Both the position numbers and the translations under genes were made by a program. From the NCBI GenBank assembly GCA_040756875.1, contig JBFLYH010000002.1, forward strand, positions 254,526-318,525: a stretch of 64,000 bases of DNA. The letters run 5' to 3'. Each line of letters begins with the position of its first letter. Within the stretch, counting starts at the first letter, position 1. Source of the stretch: a candidate division FCPU426 bacterium (GTDB lineage: Bacteria; Oederibacteriota; JAAXVQ01; JAUVAV01). The notes below the pieces were generated by a model. The model searched no databases. It saw nothing but the letters and a program-made list of their open reading frames with translations, and was not told the origin of the DNA. Of this stretch, positions 9,940 to 19,231 are shown piece after piece.

Positions 9940-10475
9940 TCGCTTTCCTCCCGCTGGGAAGTTTCCGGAAGTGCGGCCCGTCCGCCGGGCAGACTCTCCA
10001 AGGAGGCCTGCTCCAGCTGGTGGGTTTCTGATTCCGAAAGTATTTTGTCGAAATTCAACATGATAATGATCCGCCCGGGCAACTTGCCGATGCCGGCGAG
10101 ATATTCGCCGGCAATGTCCGCCACCATGGCGGGGGGCGGCTCGATCGCGTCCACGGGCAGGCGCACCACTTCGCTGACCTCGTCCACGATCATGCCCAAA
10201 ATCTGCTCGTCCACTTCCACTTCCATGATCCGCTGTTTCCGCTCGGGCGTGGTGTCCAGCGGCAGATCAAAGCGGCGGCGCAGATCCAGGATGGGGATGA
10301 TGCGCCCCCGCAGGTTCACGACTCCTTCGATGAAACGCGGCGCCCGGGGCACCCGCGTGATTTCAACCAGCCGCAGGATCTCGTGCACCTGGTGGATGGG
10401 CGCGCCGAACTCCTCGCCCCCAAGCTTGAACACCACCAGGCGGATCTCGTTTTTGACCTCGCGGCCCGTTTGCAT
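9921..10475 (-). CDS. cheW: Chemotaxis coupling protein CheW
   Basis: LVVFKLGGEEFG, GVVNLRGRIIPILDL, GMIVDEVSEV. Confidence 0.95.
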   Translation of the reverse strand: MQTGREVKNEIRLVVFKLGGEEFGAPIHQVHEILRLVEITRVPRAPRFIEGVVNLRGRIIPILDLRRRFDLPLDTTPERKQRIMEVEVDEQILGMIVDEVSEVVRLPVDAIEPPPAMVADIAGEYLAGIGKLPGRIIIMLNFDKILSESETHQLEQASLESLPGGRAALPETSQREESECQPES

Positions 10476-10985
10476 TTACAGCTCGCGTTCGCCGGTCAGC
10501 GCCGTGCGGATCTTCATCAGCCCCGAATCGGCGTAATATTCCACCGACCGGCCCTGGCTGCCGCCCGTGTCTTCGCCCACCACGGGGATGCTGAATTCGC
10601 GCAGTTTATCCTTCACCGCCTGCACGTTGCGCTGGCCGATGCTGATGTTGCCTTCGGTGCCGCCGTTGCGCCCCGGAAAGGCGAACATGTTCGCGCCGCC
10701 GACCAGCTTGGCCTGGAGGCGCGAGAACGGAATGCCCGTCTGCAAAAAATGGTCCAGCATGGTCTTCACCGCGGTATCGGCGAATTTGGCGGGATTGAGT
10801 TCCTGCCGGAACCGGGGTTGTTTGGAGTCCGGCAGCATAATGTGCGCCATGGCGGCGATATGCGTTTCCGGATCCCACAAACCCAATCCCACGCACGAGC
10901 CCAGGCCGAACGTCACCAGGATATCACGGCTGCGGGCGACTTTCCAACTTGCCATTCCGACTTTAATGCGTTCAGGCATCGACAA
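10476..10985 (-). CDS. cheD: Chemoreceptor glutamine deamidase CheD
   Basis: TFGLGSCVG, AHIMLP, KFADTA, AKLVGGANMF, IGQRN, EDTGG motifs; the start may be 10979. Confidence 0.96.
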   Translation of the reverse strand: MSMPERIKVGMASWKVARSRDILVTFGLGSCVGLGLWDPETHIAAMAHIMLPDSKQPRFRQELNPAKFADTAVKTMLDHFLQTGIPFSRLQAKLVGGANMFAFPGRNGGTEGNISIGQRNVQAVKDKLREFSIPVVGEDTGGSQGRSVEYYADSGLMKIRTALTGEREL

Positions 10986-11604
10986 CCCCGGCTGCTTTCT
11001 GGATGGCCTCCACCATCAAATCCAACGCGCTGGTTTCCGGGATCAGAAAGAACGTCCCCGAAATTTTCGTTTCGGTTTCGATGATTTCCGTCCTTAACAT
11101 CAGAGCAAATTGGGTGTCGGTGGATATTTCAACCAGAATGGTTTGAAGAATCGCGGTCATGGTATCAATGGCCAGCGCGGGCACAGAGGGAATCATGCGC
11201 TTGTCCAGGAACTTGGCCAGGGCGTTGAGATAGGCCCCGGACAGGATGGTTCCCAGCTCCTTAAGCGCCGACATTTTCATCTCGCTCAGCATGGCGGTGG
11301 AACCCAGCGTGTGCCCCAGGAGCATGTCCGTCAGTTGGACCAGATTGCGGTGCGGGAACGTCACGAGAATCTTGGAAGGCAGGTCGCCGAACACTTCGAG
11401 ATAAATGCCGGCAGCCACGTCCTCTGACCCTCCCACCACCTCGGGCACTTTTTCGATCGGAATCACCATGACTTCCGGAACGGACATGCTGATGGTGCGC
11501 CCCACGAGTTGCGACAGGGCGGTGGCCGCATTACCGGCGCCGATGTTGCCCAGTTCCCTCAGGGCGTCCCTGTAAAAAGCGTTGATCTGGGTCGGGTCGG
11601 TCAT
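10972..11604 (-). CDS. cheC: CheY-P phosphatase CheC
   Basis: DALRELGNIGAGNAATALS and a second repeat SALKELGTILSGAYLNAL. Confidence 0.94.
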   Translation of the reverse strand: MTDPTQINAFYRDALRELGNIGAGNAATALSQLVGRTISMSVPEVMVIPIEKVPEVVGGSEDVAAGIYLEVFGDLPSKILVTFPHRNLVQLTDMLLGHTLGSTAMLSEMKMSALKELGTILSGAYLNALAKFLDKRMIPSVPALAIDTMTAILQTILVEISTDTQFALMLRTEIIETETKISGTFFLIPETSALDLMVEAIQKAAGVVDA

Positions 11605-11607
11605 GGC

Positions 11608-11979
11608 CTATTCCCTTTCTTGTTCCACTTTTTGGATGGCTTCAATCACGCTGGTGGGCTGGAAGGGTTTGATGATGAAATCCCTGGCGCCGGCCTGCAT
11701 GGCTTCCACCACCAAAGCTTGCTGCCCCATGGCGCTGCAAATGATGATCCGCGCCTTGGCGTCCAGTTCCACGATCTTCTTGACCGCTTCGATCCCGCCC
11801 ATTTCGGGCATGATCAGGTCGATCAGGGTGATGTCCGGCTTAAGCCGTTGATAGGCTTCAATCGCCACCCGGCCATTCTCAGCCTCGCCCACGATGGCAT
11901 AGCCGTGGCTGGTGAGGATGTTGCGCAACATCATGCGCATAAACGACGCGTCGTCCACGATCAGGATCCGACTAGGCAC
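11608..11979 (-). CDS. cheY: CheY-type response regulator (second paralog)
   Basis: GTG start at 11979 after a GGAGG-rich RBS; ILIVDDASFMR, LIDLIMPE, CSAMGQQ, FIIKPF. Confidence 0.92.
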   Translation of the reverse strand: MPSRILIVDDASFMRMMLRNILTSHGYAIVGEAENGRVAIEAYQRLKPDITLIDLIMPEMGGIEAVKKIVELDAKARIIICSAMGQQALVVEAMQAGARDFIIKPFQPTSVIEAIQKVEQERE

Positions 11980-12004
11980 TACGGCTCCTCCCCTCCCCAG
12001 GCGG

Positions 12005-12343
12005 CTACAGGGCCGCTTCCCCGCGCTCGCTCGTCCGGATCCGCACAGCTTCTTCGACCGGCAAGACAAAAAGCTTGCCGTCTCCCAATCTGCCGGTTTT
12101 TCCGGTGGTTGTGACCAATTTGAGGACTTTGTCCACTTTTTGGTCCGTAATGACTACTTCTATCATAACTCGGGGTTGAAATTCAACTCCGTAATTCCGG
12201 CTGGCCTTCTGTTTGAGCTGGGACTGATGGATCCCGAACCCGCGGACTTCGTACACGGTCATGCCTTGCACGCCCTCGCGCAGCAGCGCCTGCTTGACGG
12301 CTTCCAGTTTGGCCGGCGGCAGAATGCATTTAATCAGTTTCAT
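12005..12343 (-). CDS. P-II family signal transduction protein with divergent T-loop
   Basis: 112 aa, colinear with GlnB/GlnK: GMTVYEVRGFG, TGRLGDGKLF, VRIRTSERG. Confidence 0.95.
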   Translation of the reverse strand: MKLIKCILPPAKLEAVKQALLREGVQGMTVYEVRGFGIHQSQLKQKASRNYGVEFQPRVMIEVVITDQKVDKVLKLVTTTGKTGRLGDGKLFVLPVEEAVRIRTSERGEAAL

Positions 12344-12365
12344 GCCCGCGTTCCCTTCCGGTTCA

Positions 12366-14582
12366 TCACTGTATCAAACGCCGCGCCGTGGCGCCGGACG
12401 ACGGCCGGAACGATTCCATCCAGTCCTGGGCGCTGCGCATTTTTTCCGCGGCGCGCAGCGCCGCTTCGGTGCTGGGGGCCAGCTGAATGAAGCGGTCCCA
12501 GGCCGCTACGGCCTCGTCCCACCAGTACCGCTGGCTGTAGATCGTGGCCAGCCGTTCGTGCACCTCGATGTGCTTCGGGTTCAATTCCAGGGTCCGGCCG
12601 TATTCCACCTCGGCCTCGTCCAGCCACTTTTTTTGCAGGTAGATCTCCCCGAGGTAGTAATGGGCGTCCGGATAATCGGGATTGATGGCCACGGCGCGCA
12701 GGAGCACGTCCTGGGCCTCGTTGGTCCGCTCCAGGCGCTTGTAGATCAGCCCCAGGTTGGTGCAGGCCTCCACGTAGCGGGGATTGATCACCAGGGCCTT
12801 GTTGTATTCGGAGACGGCCTCCTCGAAACGGTCGGTATTGCGGTAGACGTTGGCCAGGTCGTAGTGCGCCGCGGCGTTCTGGGGATTGGCCTTGATGTCG
12901 GCCTGCAGCTTCTCGATCGCTTCCTTGAAGATGTCCTTTTTCTTGGCCGCGGAGGCGAGATTGCGCCGGGCGGTTTCGTAATTGGGGTCAATGGCCAGGG
13001 CGTGGTTGAACTCTTCGATGGCCTTGTCGTAAATGCCCTTCTGGTAATAAATGACGCCCAGGTTGTTGTAGGCCTTGGCGTACTGGGGGTTGATCTCGAT
13101 CGCCTTGCGGTATTCATCCAGGGCATCGTCGAAGTTGCCAATGCTTTTATAGGCCATGCCCAGGGAATTGTGGGCCACCGCGTTCTCCGGGTCGACGGCC
13201 AGTGCTTTCTGGTATTCGATGATGGCTTCTTCGAAGCGCCCCTTGTCGGCCAGGGCCAGGCCCAGATAGATGTTGGCTTCGCTGTCCTGGGCGTAAGCCG
13301 GAGACAGTTCGATGGCCCGCCGGAACTCGCGCACCGCGCCGTCGTAGTTGTTGTGCCGGTAGTAATAGATTCCGAGCTGGTAGTGGGCGTCGGCAAAGTG
13401 GGGATTGCGGGCGATGGCGCGCTCGATCTCCGTGATCGCCTCCTGGATCTTGCCCTGGCGGTAATAAACGATGCCTAATTCATAGTGGCTGCGCACGTTC
13501 TCCGGATCCCGTTCGAACACCCGGCGCAGCTGGTCCTCGGCTTCAGGAAACATGCCTTGCTGCCGGTACAGGATGCCGGCGTTGATGAAGGCGTCGCTGA
13601 GGGCCGGGTTGAGCTCCTGGGCCCGGCGGAAATATTTGATGGCCTCGGTGGGATGGTTCATTTCGAAATATATTTCGCCCAGGCTGTTGGCGAGCTCGGC
13701 GTCCTTGGGATTGACGGCTACCGCCTTCTCGTACTGCTGAATGGCTTCGTTCAGCAACCCCTTGAGGCGGTAGGCCTTGCCCAGCTCCTTGTAGGCCGCG
13801 GCCGGATCGGATTCGCCCGTCGGCGCAACGGGCGCGGCTTCCAGCCCCGGCGCCGGCTCCTCCCCGCCTTTGTAATAGTCGATGGCGAGATTGGTGGAGG
13901 TCTGCGCATAGCCCGGATTGATTTCCACCGCCCGCGCGAACTCCCGCTCCGCTTCCTGGTTCATGCCCTTGTCGCCGTAGGCGAAGCCCAGGTTGTAGTG
14001 GGCCACGGCGAACTCGGGGTTGATCTGCACCGCAGTCTGGAACTCGCGGATCGCCTGGTCGTACAACCCCTTGTTGTAGCAAATCTCGCCGAGCGTGTTG
14101 TGCAGGTCGGCGAAATGCGGGGCCTGAGCAATCCCCTTTTTCATGACCTCCATGGCCTCGTCGAAACGGCCGAGGCTTTTATAGACGATGCCCAGCGAAT
14201 TGATGGCGAACAGGTGCGAAGGGGTGATCTCGACGGCCCGCTGGTACTCGGCGATGGCTTCCTGATAGCGGCCAGTGTAGCGGAAGGCGTTGCCGAGGTT
14301 GTAATGCGCGTCCGCGTCCTCAGGATACATCTGGATGGCGCGCTGGTAGGCGCCGATGGCGCGGTCGTAAATGCCCGTGTTCTTGTTGACCGCCAGCAGG
14401 TTTTCCATGGCCTGCGACAGGTTGTGGTCGATTTCCAGGGCGCGCTTGAATTCCTTGATGGCTTCGACGTACATGCCCTTGGAATAATAAAACACGCCCA
14501 GATTGTTGTGGGCCGAGGCATCGTTCTGGTCGATGCCGTATTCGAACTCCCGCAGATTCTGGGCGTCTTCTTTTTCGCTCAT
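12366..14582 (-). CDS. Large TPR-repeat protein (738 aa, roughly 20 repeats)
   Basis: Recurrent AHYNLG...A...Y.RA..INP units; start MSEKEDAQ at 14582 overlaps the upstream stop. Confidence 0.93.
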   Translation of the reverse strand: MSEKEDAQNLREFEYGIDQNDASAHNNLGVFYYSKGMYVEAIKEFKRALEIDHNLSQAMENLLAVNKNTGIYDRAIGAYQRAIQMYPEDADAHYNLGNAFRYTGRYQEAIAEYQRAVEITPSHLFAINSLGIVYKSLGRFDEAMEVMKKGIAQAPHFADLHNTLGEICYNKGLYDQAIREFQTAVQINPEFAVAHYNLGFAYGDKGMNQEAEREFARAVEINPGYAQTSTNLAIDYYKGGEEPAPGLEAAPVAPTGESDPAAAYKELGKAYRLKGLLNEAIQQYEKAVAVNPKDAELANSLGEIYFEMNHPTEAIKYFRRAQELNPALSDAFINAGILYRQQGMFPEAEDQLRRVFERDPENVRSHYELGIVYYRQGKIQEAITEIERAIARNPHFADAHYQLGIYYYRHNNYDGAVREFRRAIELSPAYAQDSEANIYLGLALADKGRFEEAIIEYQKALAVDPENAVAHNSLGMAYKSIGNFDDALDEYRKAIEINPQYAKAYNNLGVIYYQKGIYDKAIEEFNHALAIDPNYETARRNLASAAKKKDIFKEAIEKLQADIKANPQNAAAHYDLANVYRNTDRFEEAVSEYNKALVINPRYVEACTNLGLIYKRLERTNEAQDVLLRAVAINPDYPDAHYYLGEIYLQKKWLDEAEVEYGRTLELNPKHIEVHERLATIYSQRYWWDEAVAAWDRFIQLAPSTEAALRAAEKMRSAQDWMESFRPSSGATARRLIQ

Positions 14583-15220
14583 GCCGATTCTCCGGCGGCC
14601 TCGACCCACTTCTGGGCGTTGACGTTTTCCAGCACGGTCTCGAGGTGCAGGACCGTGATCAGGTGGTTTTGGTGTTTGCCCACGCCGTACACATGGCGCT
14701 GGTCCAGCCCGCGCAGCAGGGCCGGGCTGCTCTCGATCCGGTCGATGGGCAGCTGCAGCACGGCTTCGACTTCGTCCACCAGCAGGCCGTAAAGCTGGGA
14801 GGTGATTTCCACCACGATGATGCGGGAATCCTCGGTTTGCGGCTGGGGTTCCTGCCCCAGGCGCCGGGCCAGGTTGATCACTGGCACCACCAGGCCGCGG
14901 TATTTGATCAGCCCCTCGATGAATTTGGGCATCTTGGGCAGGTGGTTCACCTGCTGGGAGCGGATGATCTCGCGGACGAACAGCGCTTCGAAGGCGAACT
15001 CCTCCTTGGCCAGCCGGAAGGTCACCACCAGCAGGCCCTGCAACACGTGCAGGATGTCCTCCTCCTGCACGTAGCCGAGCCGCACCAGGGTTTTCCCGAG
15101 CGGCTCCGCGGCCCGCTGCTGCTCGGCCAGGGCCTTGTCCAGTTGTTCCCGCTGCAGGCGTCCGCTTTGGACCAGCAATTCACCCAGCGACTTTTCCTGC
15201 TGGCGCTGCATGAAAGCCAT
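14579..15220 (-). CDS. MshEN-like N-terminal domain fused to CheW
   Basis: SLGELLVQSGRLQREQLDKALAEQ...PLGKTLVRLGYVQEEDIL (MshEN pattern) followed by CheW (VTFRLAKEEF, GLIKYRGLVVPVINL, GLLVDEVEAV). Confidence 0.88.
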   Translation of the reverse strand: MAFMQRQQEKSLGELLVQSGRLQREQLDKALAEQQRAAEPLGKTLVRLGYVQEEDILHVLQGLLVVTFRLAKEEFAFEALFVREIIRSQQVNHLPKMPKFIEGLIKYRGLVVPVINLARRLGQEPQPQTEDSRIIVVEITSQLYGLLVDEVEAVLQLPIDRIESSPALLRGLDQRHVYGVGKHQNHLITVLHLETVLENVNAQKWVEAAGESA

Positions 15221-15222
15221 GT

Positions 15223-16395
15223 TCAGCCACCCTTGACGAACTTGAGATTGTTCCGCAGGATCTCGTTCTGCGGGTCGAGCTCCAGCGCCTTCTCCCACAC
15301 TTTGAGCGCCTTGTCGTGCTCGTTCTGCCGGTAGAAAATGTTGCCGAGCTTGAGGTAGGCTTCGGCCAAATGCGGCTCCAGTTTGATCACGGCCTTGAAC
15401 GCCGACATGGCTTTGGCGTATTCACCCTGCCGGTACAAGAGGTTGGCCAGGCCCAGCTGCACCGCGACGTCGGTGGCGTTCAGTTTCAGGGCCGCCTCGT
15501 ACTCTTTGAGCGCGTCCACCGCCCGGTCCTGCTGATCATAGATGAAAGCCAGGATTTTGTGGAGATTAGCGTCCGCCGGGTTCATTTCCAAAACCTTCTT
15601 GTAGGCCGCGACCGCTTCGTTCTTTTTTCCCAGCAGGGCGTACACCTGCCCCAGCAGCGTGAACGCGTCGAGGTTTTTAGGGTTGATCTTGAGGGCGCGC
15701 TGGATGAAGGCCAGCGCGTCCTGCGGTTTGTTGCCCCGCACCAGCAGCTGCCCCAGGTTCTGCAGGCTCACGGCGTCGTCCGGATTGAGCTCCAGCGCCT
15801 GGCGGAAGGCGTTCTCAGCCTCGCCCAGACGGCCCATTTTGGTCTTCAGGCCGCCGATGATGTTGAACACGCCGGCGTGCTTGGGATTGATCTTGAGCGC
15901 CGCTTCGTACTCGGCCACGCCTTCGGCGTAACGTCCCTGGCTCTCGTGGATGTAACCCAGTTTGAAATGGACTTCGGACAGGTTGGGGTTGATGCGCAGC
16001 GAAGCCTCGTACTCGCGCCGCGCCTCCTCCCACGACCCCTGCTTGTAATAGGCGTCCCCGAGGTTGTTGTGCAGGCCCGAGTCCTCGGCGTTGATCTCCA
16101 GCGCTTTGCGGAACTCGCTGATCGCTTCCTCGGTTTTCCCGGTGTTGGCGTAGATCAGGCCCAGCTTGCAGTGGGCGTTCACGTGCATGGAATTGGCCGC
16201 GATGACCTGCAGATACGAAGCCACCGCCCGGTCGTACTCGCCCACGTTGGAGTAGAGGATCCCCAGTTGAAAATGAACCTCCGCGTCCTTGGGGTTCAGT
16301 TCCAGGGCCTTCTGAAATTCCCGGATGGCGTCCTGATACCGCCGGTTCAGGGAAAAGGCCACGCCCAGGTTGATGTGGTCCTGAATCTTTTCCAC
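15223..16395 (-). CDS. TPR-repeat protein (390 aa)
   Basis: About 11 consecutive TPR units; GTG start with GAGGAG RBS. Confidence 0.92.
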   Translation of the reverse strand: MEKIQDHINLGVAFSLNRRYQDAIREFQKALELNPKDAEVHFQLGILYSNVGEYDRAVASYLQVIAANSMHVNAHCKLGLIYANTGKTEEAISEFRKALEINAEDSGLHNNLGDAYYKQGSWEEARREYEASLRINPNLSEVHFKLGYIHESQGRYAEGVAEYEAALKINPKHAGVFNIIGGLKTKMGRLGEAENAFRQALELNPDDAVSLQNLGQLLVRGNKPQDALAFIQRALKINPKNLDAFTLLGQVYALLGKKNEAVAAYKKVLEMNPADANLHKILAFIYDQQDRAVDALKEYEAALKLNATDVAVQLGLANLLYRQGEYAKAMSAFKAVIKLEPHLAEAYLKLGNIFYRQNEHDKALKVWEKALELDPQNEILRNNLKFVKGG

Positions 16396-16420
16396 GCTTG
16401 CTCCTCGTCCTAAAAAAAGC

Positions 16421-17227
16421 TCATACAGGTGTTTCCCGCCGCTGATAAATGCGCTCCCGGATATCGATCACGTCGAACCAGCGCCGCATTTCGCCGAGCA
16501 GCGTCTCGGTTTTACCCAGCACTAAAAAACCTCCGCTGCGCAGGCGGGTGTGAAACCCCTTGAAGAGGCGTTCCTGCAGGCCGCCGATGAAATAAATCAG
16601 GACGTTCCGGCACACGATCAGGTCGAATTGCTCGTCCGGCAGCGAGCCGGTCAGGTCGTGCAGCCGGCACTCGACGCGGCGCTTCAATTCGGGTTTAACC
16701 ACCCGCTCTTCGCCCTCAAAAATAAAGTACTTCGCCCGGAGGTCGATCTGCACGGGCTTGATGCTGGCGGCGCTGTAGCGTCCGGCCTTGGCCAGTTCCA
16801 GCACCGTGGGATCGATATCCGTGGCCAAAATCGACCACTGGCAGGAAACCGGCAGCCCTTCGCTGAGGCTGATGGCCAGGGAATAGGGTTCCTGTCCATG
16901 CGCGCACCCTGCGCTCCAGACCCTGATCCTGGCGCGGTCCTGCCACAGCGGAATCACCTTGCGCTTGATCTGGCCGTATACCCCCGGATCCCGGAAAAAC
17001 GTCGAGACATTGATTGTAAGGCGGTCCAGCAGGTTGGCGTATTCCTGTGGATTGCCCTCGAGCAGCCGGCGGTAATCGGCGTACGTCGCGCTCTGAGTGG
17101 CGCGCATGCGCACCGCCAGACGGCGCTTTAAATAGCTGATTTTATACTGACTGGCGTCCAAACCCGCCTTGCGCCAAATGGCGTTGAGCAGCAGGTTAAA
17201 CTGCCGGTCCTCGGGTTCGGTGATCAT
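16421..17227 (-). CDS. cheR: Chemotaxis methyltransferase CheR
   Basis: LTINVSTFFRD, RVWSAGCAHGQEPYSLA, ATDID, DLIVCRNVLIYF. Confidence 0.96.
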   Translation of the reverse strand: MITEPEDRQFNLLLNAIWRKAGLDASQYKISYLKRRLAVRMRATQSATYADYRRLLEGNPQEYANLLDRLTINVSTFFRDPGVYGQIKRKVIPLWQDRARIRVWSAGCAHGQEPYSLAISLSEGLPVSCQWSILATDIDPTVLELAKAGRYSAASIKPVQIDLRAKYFIFEGEERVVKPELKRRVECRLHDLTGSLPDEQFDLIVCRNVLIYFIGGLQERLFKGFHTRLRSGGFLVLGKTETLLGEMRRWFDVIDIRERIYQRRETPV

Positions 17228-17727
17228 TCGGTCTGCAACAGTACCTGATCGCCAGCCTGAATAATATCACGCGCCGCGAGAACCCGTCCAATGGTTAATC
17301 CCTCCTGATTGGAAAGGATTTCCAGCTTGCCCACCTGTTTCAGCCAGCCGGTTTTTCGCGACTCGGCCCGGTCCGCTTCCTGGTCCATGAAATGGTAAAT
17401 ATAATGGATTTCTCCGGCATGCATGGCTACTTTTCGGTTCGGGGAAAGGCAAACTTGGTCGCCGAGCGTTATCAGCAGGTGATCGTCCAAATGGCGGGTG
17501 ATCGTGGCCCAGGCGTGGCCCGGAGCCCGCAGCAGGGCCGATGGCCCCGGGTTCCCTTCGGGCGGGCTGGCTTCGTTCGCATCCGGCTCGGCATAAGCGG
17601 CTGCCTGTTCAGGATCAGCGTTTTCCTGAACCTGGGGTTCCTCGGTCTGGGCCCAGGCCGAGGGGACGGCAATCTGCCAACAAACCAGCAATAGCGAAAA
17701 TATCAACAACTTGGGCATTGTATGCAT
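17224..17727 (-). CDS. Exported hypothetical protein, first gene of the che operon
   Basis: Signal peptide (AWA-Q), acidic low-complexity linker, small C-terminal domain; stop overlaps the cheR start. Confidence 0.7.
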   Translation of the reverse strand: MHTMPKLLIFSLLLVCWQIAVPSAWAQTEEPQVQENADPEQAAAYAEPDANEASPPEGNPGPSALLRAPGHAWATITRHLDDHLLITLGDQVCLSPNRKVAMHAGEIHYIYHFMDQEADRAESRKTGWLKQVGKLEILSNQEGLTIGRVLAARDIIQAGDQVLLQTE

Positions 17728-17829
17728 CGTCAGAGTCCTCGGGTGTTGTTGATAGTGTCGGATGCAGCCCCGGCACGGATAACCTTAAGTATAATATATT
17801 TTTAAGCCGAAGGGAAACGAGAATCCGGT

Positions 17830-18717
17830 TTAAGCGGGCTTGTATCCGGAGAGAACGCGCGGGATCTGCTGCCAGTCCAGGCGGGCTTCGAGTTCTGAAA
17901 AACCCGCGCCGGCAAACAACTTCCAGGCAGCGGCCTTCTGGGAAATGCCGATTTCACAAACAAACAGGCCGCCAGGGCGCAGCAAGCGGTAAACCAGGGG
18001 CAGCAACCGGCGGATGACTGTCAATCCGTCTGGTCCGCCGTCCAGGGCGAGCCGCGGTTCAAAGCGCACCTCAGGCTGGAGTTTGGATACTTCCGAGCTT
18101 GGAATATAAGGCGGATTGGAAACCACCAGGTCCATTTTCCCATGCCAGCGTTGGGGCATAGTAGTCCCCTGGCACAGGCGCACGCGGGCGCCCAAACGCA
18201 ACAAACGGCGGTTTTTTACGGCCCAAGCCAGGGCCTGACCAGAACGGTCAAGGCCCCACACCCTGGCCCGGGGATATCGAACAGCCAGCGCCAGCGCCAA
18301 ATTCCCCGAACCTGTGCCTACATCAAGCAGCAAGCGGGGCTCGTTCCGGAGCCTCCGTTTGGCTTCCTCCAGAATTAATTCGGTTTCAGGCCTGGGAATC
18401 AGCACCCCTCGCCCGGTTTTAAGCGTTAGACCGTCAAAGTATTCGCTGCCCAGCAAGTATTGCAAGGGCACCCTGCGGCTGCGGGCTGAAATCAAAGAAA
18501 CGAAAGCCTTGCCCGTTGCCTTTGGCAGAAGTTCATCCAAACCGGCCAGGACCTTGGCTTTGGAAAGCTTGCCAGCATGAGCCAGCAATTCAACCGCATT
18601 CTGGCGGGCTGCTTCAACGTTGGCTGAGGAGAGTTTATGGGTAGCCCAGAGCAGCCACGCCTGAAGCGTGTGCCGGCTGGAACTATCGGGAATTTGAATT
18701 GACTTGGCCTGCTGCAT
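17830..18717 (-). CDS. prmC: Release factor glutamine methyltransferase
   Basis: RVPLQYLLG, VLIPRPETE, LDVGTGSG, VSNPPYI, ALDGGPDGL. Confidence 0.95.
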   Translation of the reverse strand: MQQAKSIQIPDSSSRHTLQAWLLWATHKLSSANVEAARQNAVELLAHAGKLSKAKVLAGLDELLPKATGKAFVSLISARSRRVPLQYLLGSEYFDGLTLKTGRGVLIPRPETELILEEAKRRLRNEPRLLLDVGTGSGNLALALAVRYPRARVWGLDRSGQALAWAVKNRRLLRLGARVRLCQGTTMPQRWHGKMDLVVSNPPYIPSSEVSKLQPEVRFEPRLALDGGPDGLTVIRRLLPLVYRLLRPGGLFVCEIGISQKAAAWKLFAGAGFSELEARLDWQQIPRVLSGYKPA

Positions 18718-18783
18718 AATTTAACATATCGTCCGTATTCTCTATGAATCAACCGTTTTTCGACATTTTCTCAAGGTGATCAC

Positions 18784-19212
18784 ATGACCTTGATCCTGCG
18801 TCCTCATCATCTGCTTTGCCGCCTGGGATTTAATGGCTACGGCTATTCTCCGGAATACGTCGCTGAAATGAGCCGGATCGCCAAGCTGTTCAATTCCGGC
18901 AGGGTCAAAACCGTCATCATTAAACCCGGATTGGACCATATCTGCCGCAGTTGCCCGCACCATGAGTATGAATGCTCGCCGGAAAAATTGGGTATCCGCG
19001 GCCGGACCATGGCTGAACTGGATCATTGCACCCTGCGCACGCTGAAGCTGAAACCCGGCCATCCCTATCCTCTGCCTGAGATCGACGAACGGATCGCCCG
19101 CCTCACGCCCGAGGAATTTCAAACCATCTGCCGGGGTTGCGAATGGCAGCGCCTCGACCTCTGCAGCCAGGCGCACGAGAAATTGCGCCGCCGCCTGCGC
19201 ATCGAACCATAA
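18784..19212 (+). CDS. DUF1284 family protein (Cys/His-rich)
   Basis: LRPHHLLCRLGFNGYGYS, DHICRSCP, ICRGCEW. Confidence 0.85.
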   Translation: MTLILRPHHLLCRLGFNGYGYSPEYVAEMSRIAKLFNSGRVKTVIIKPGLDHICRSCPHHEYECSPEKLGIRGRTMAELDHCTLRTLKLKPGHPYPLPEIDERIARLTPEEFQTICRGCEWQRLDLCSQAHEKLRRRLRIEP

Positions 19213-19231
19213 TTATCGTCTTCTCCTCAAC

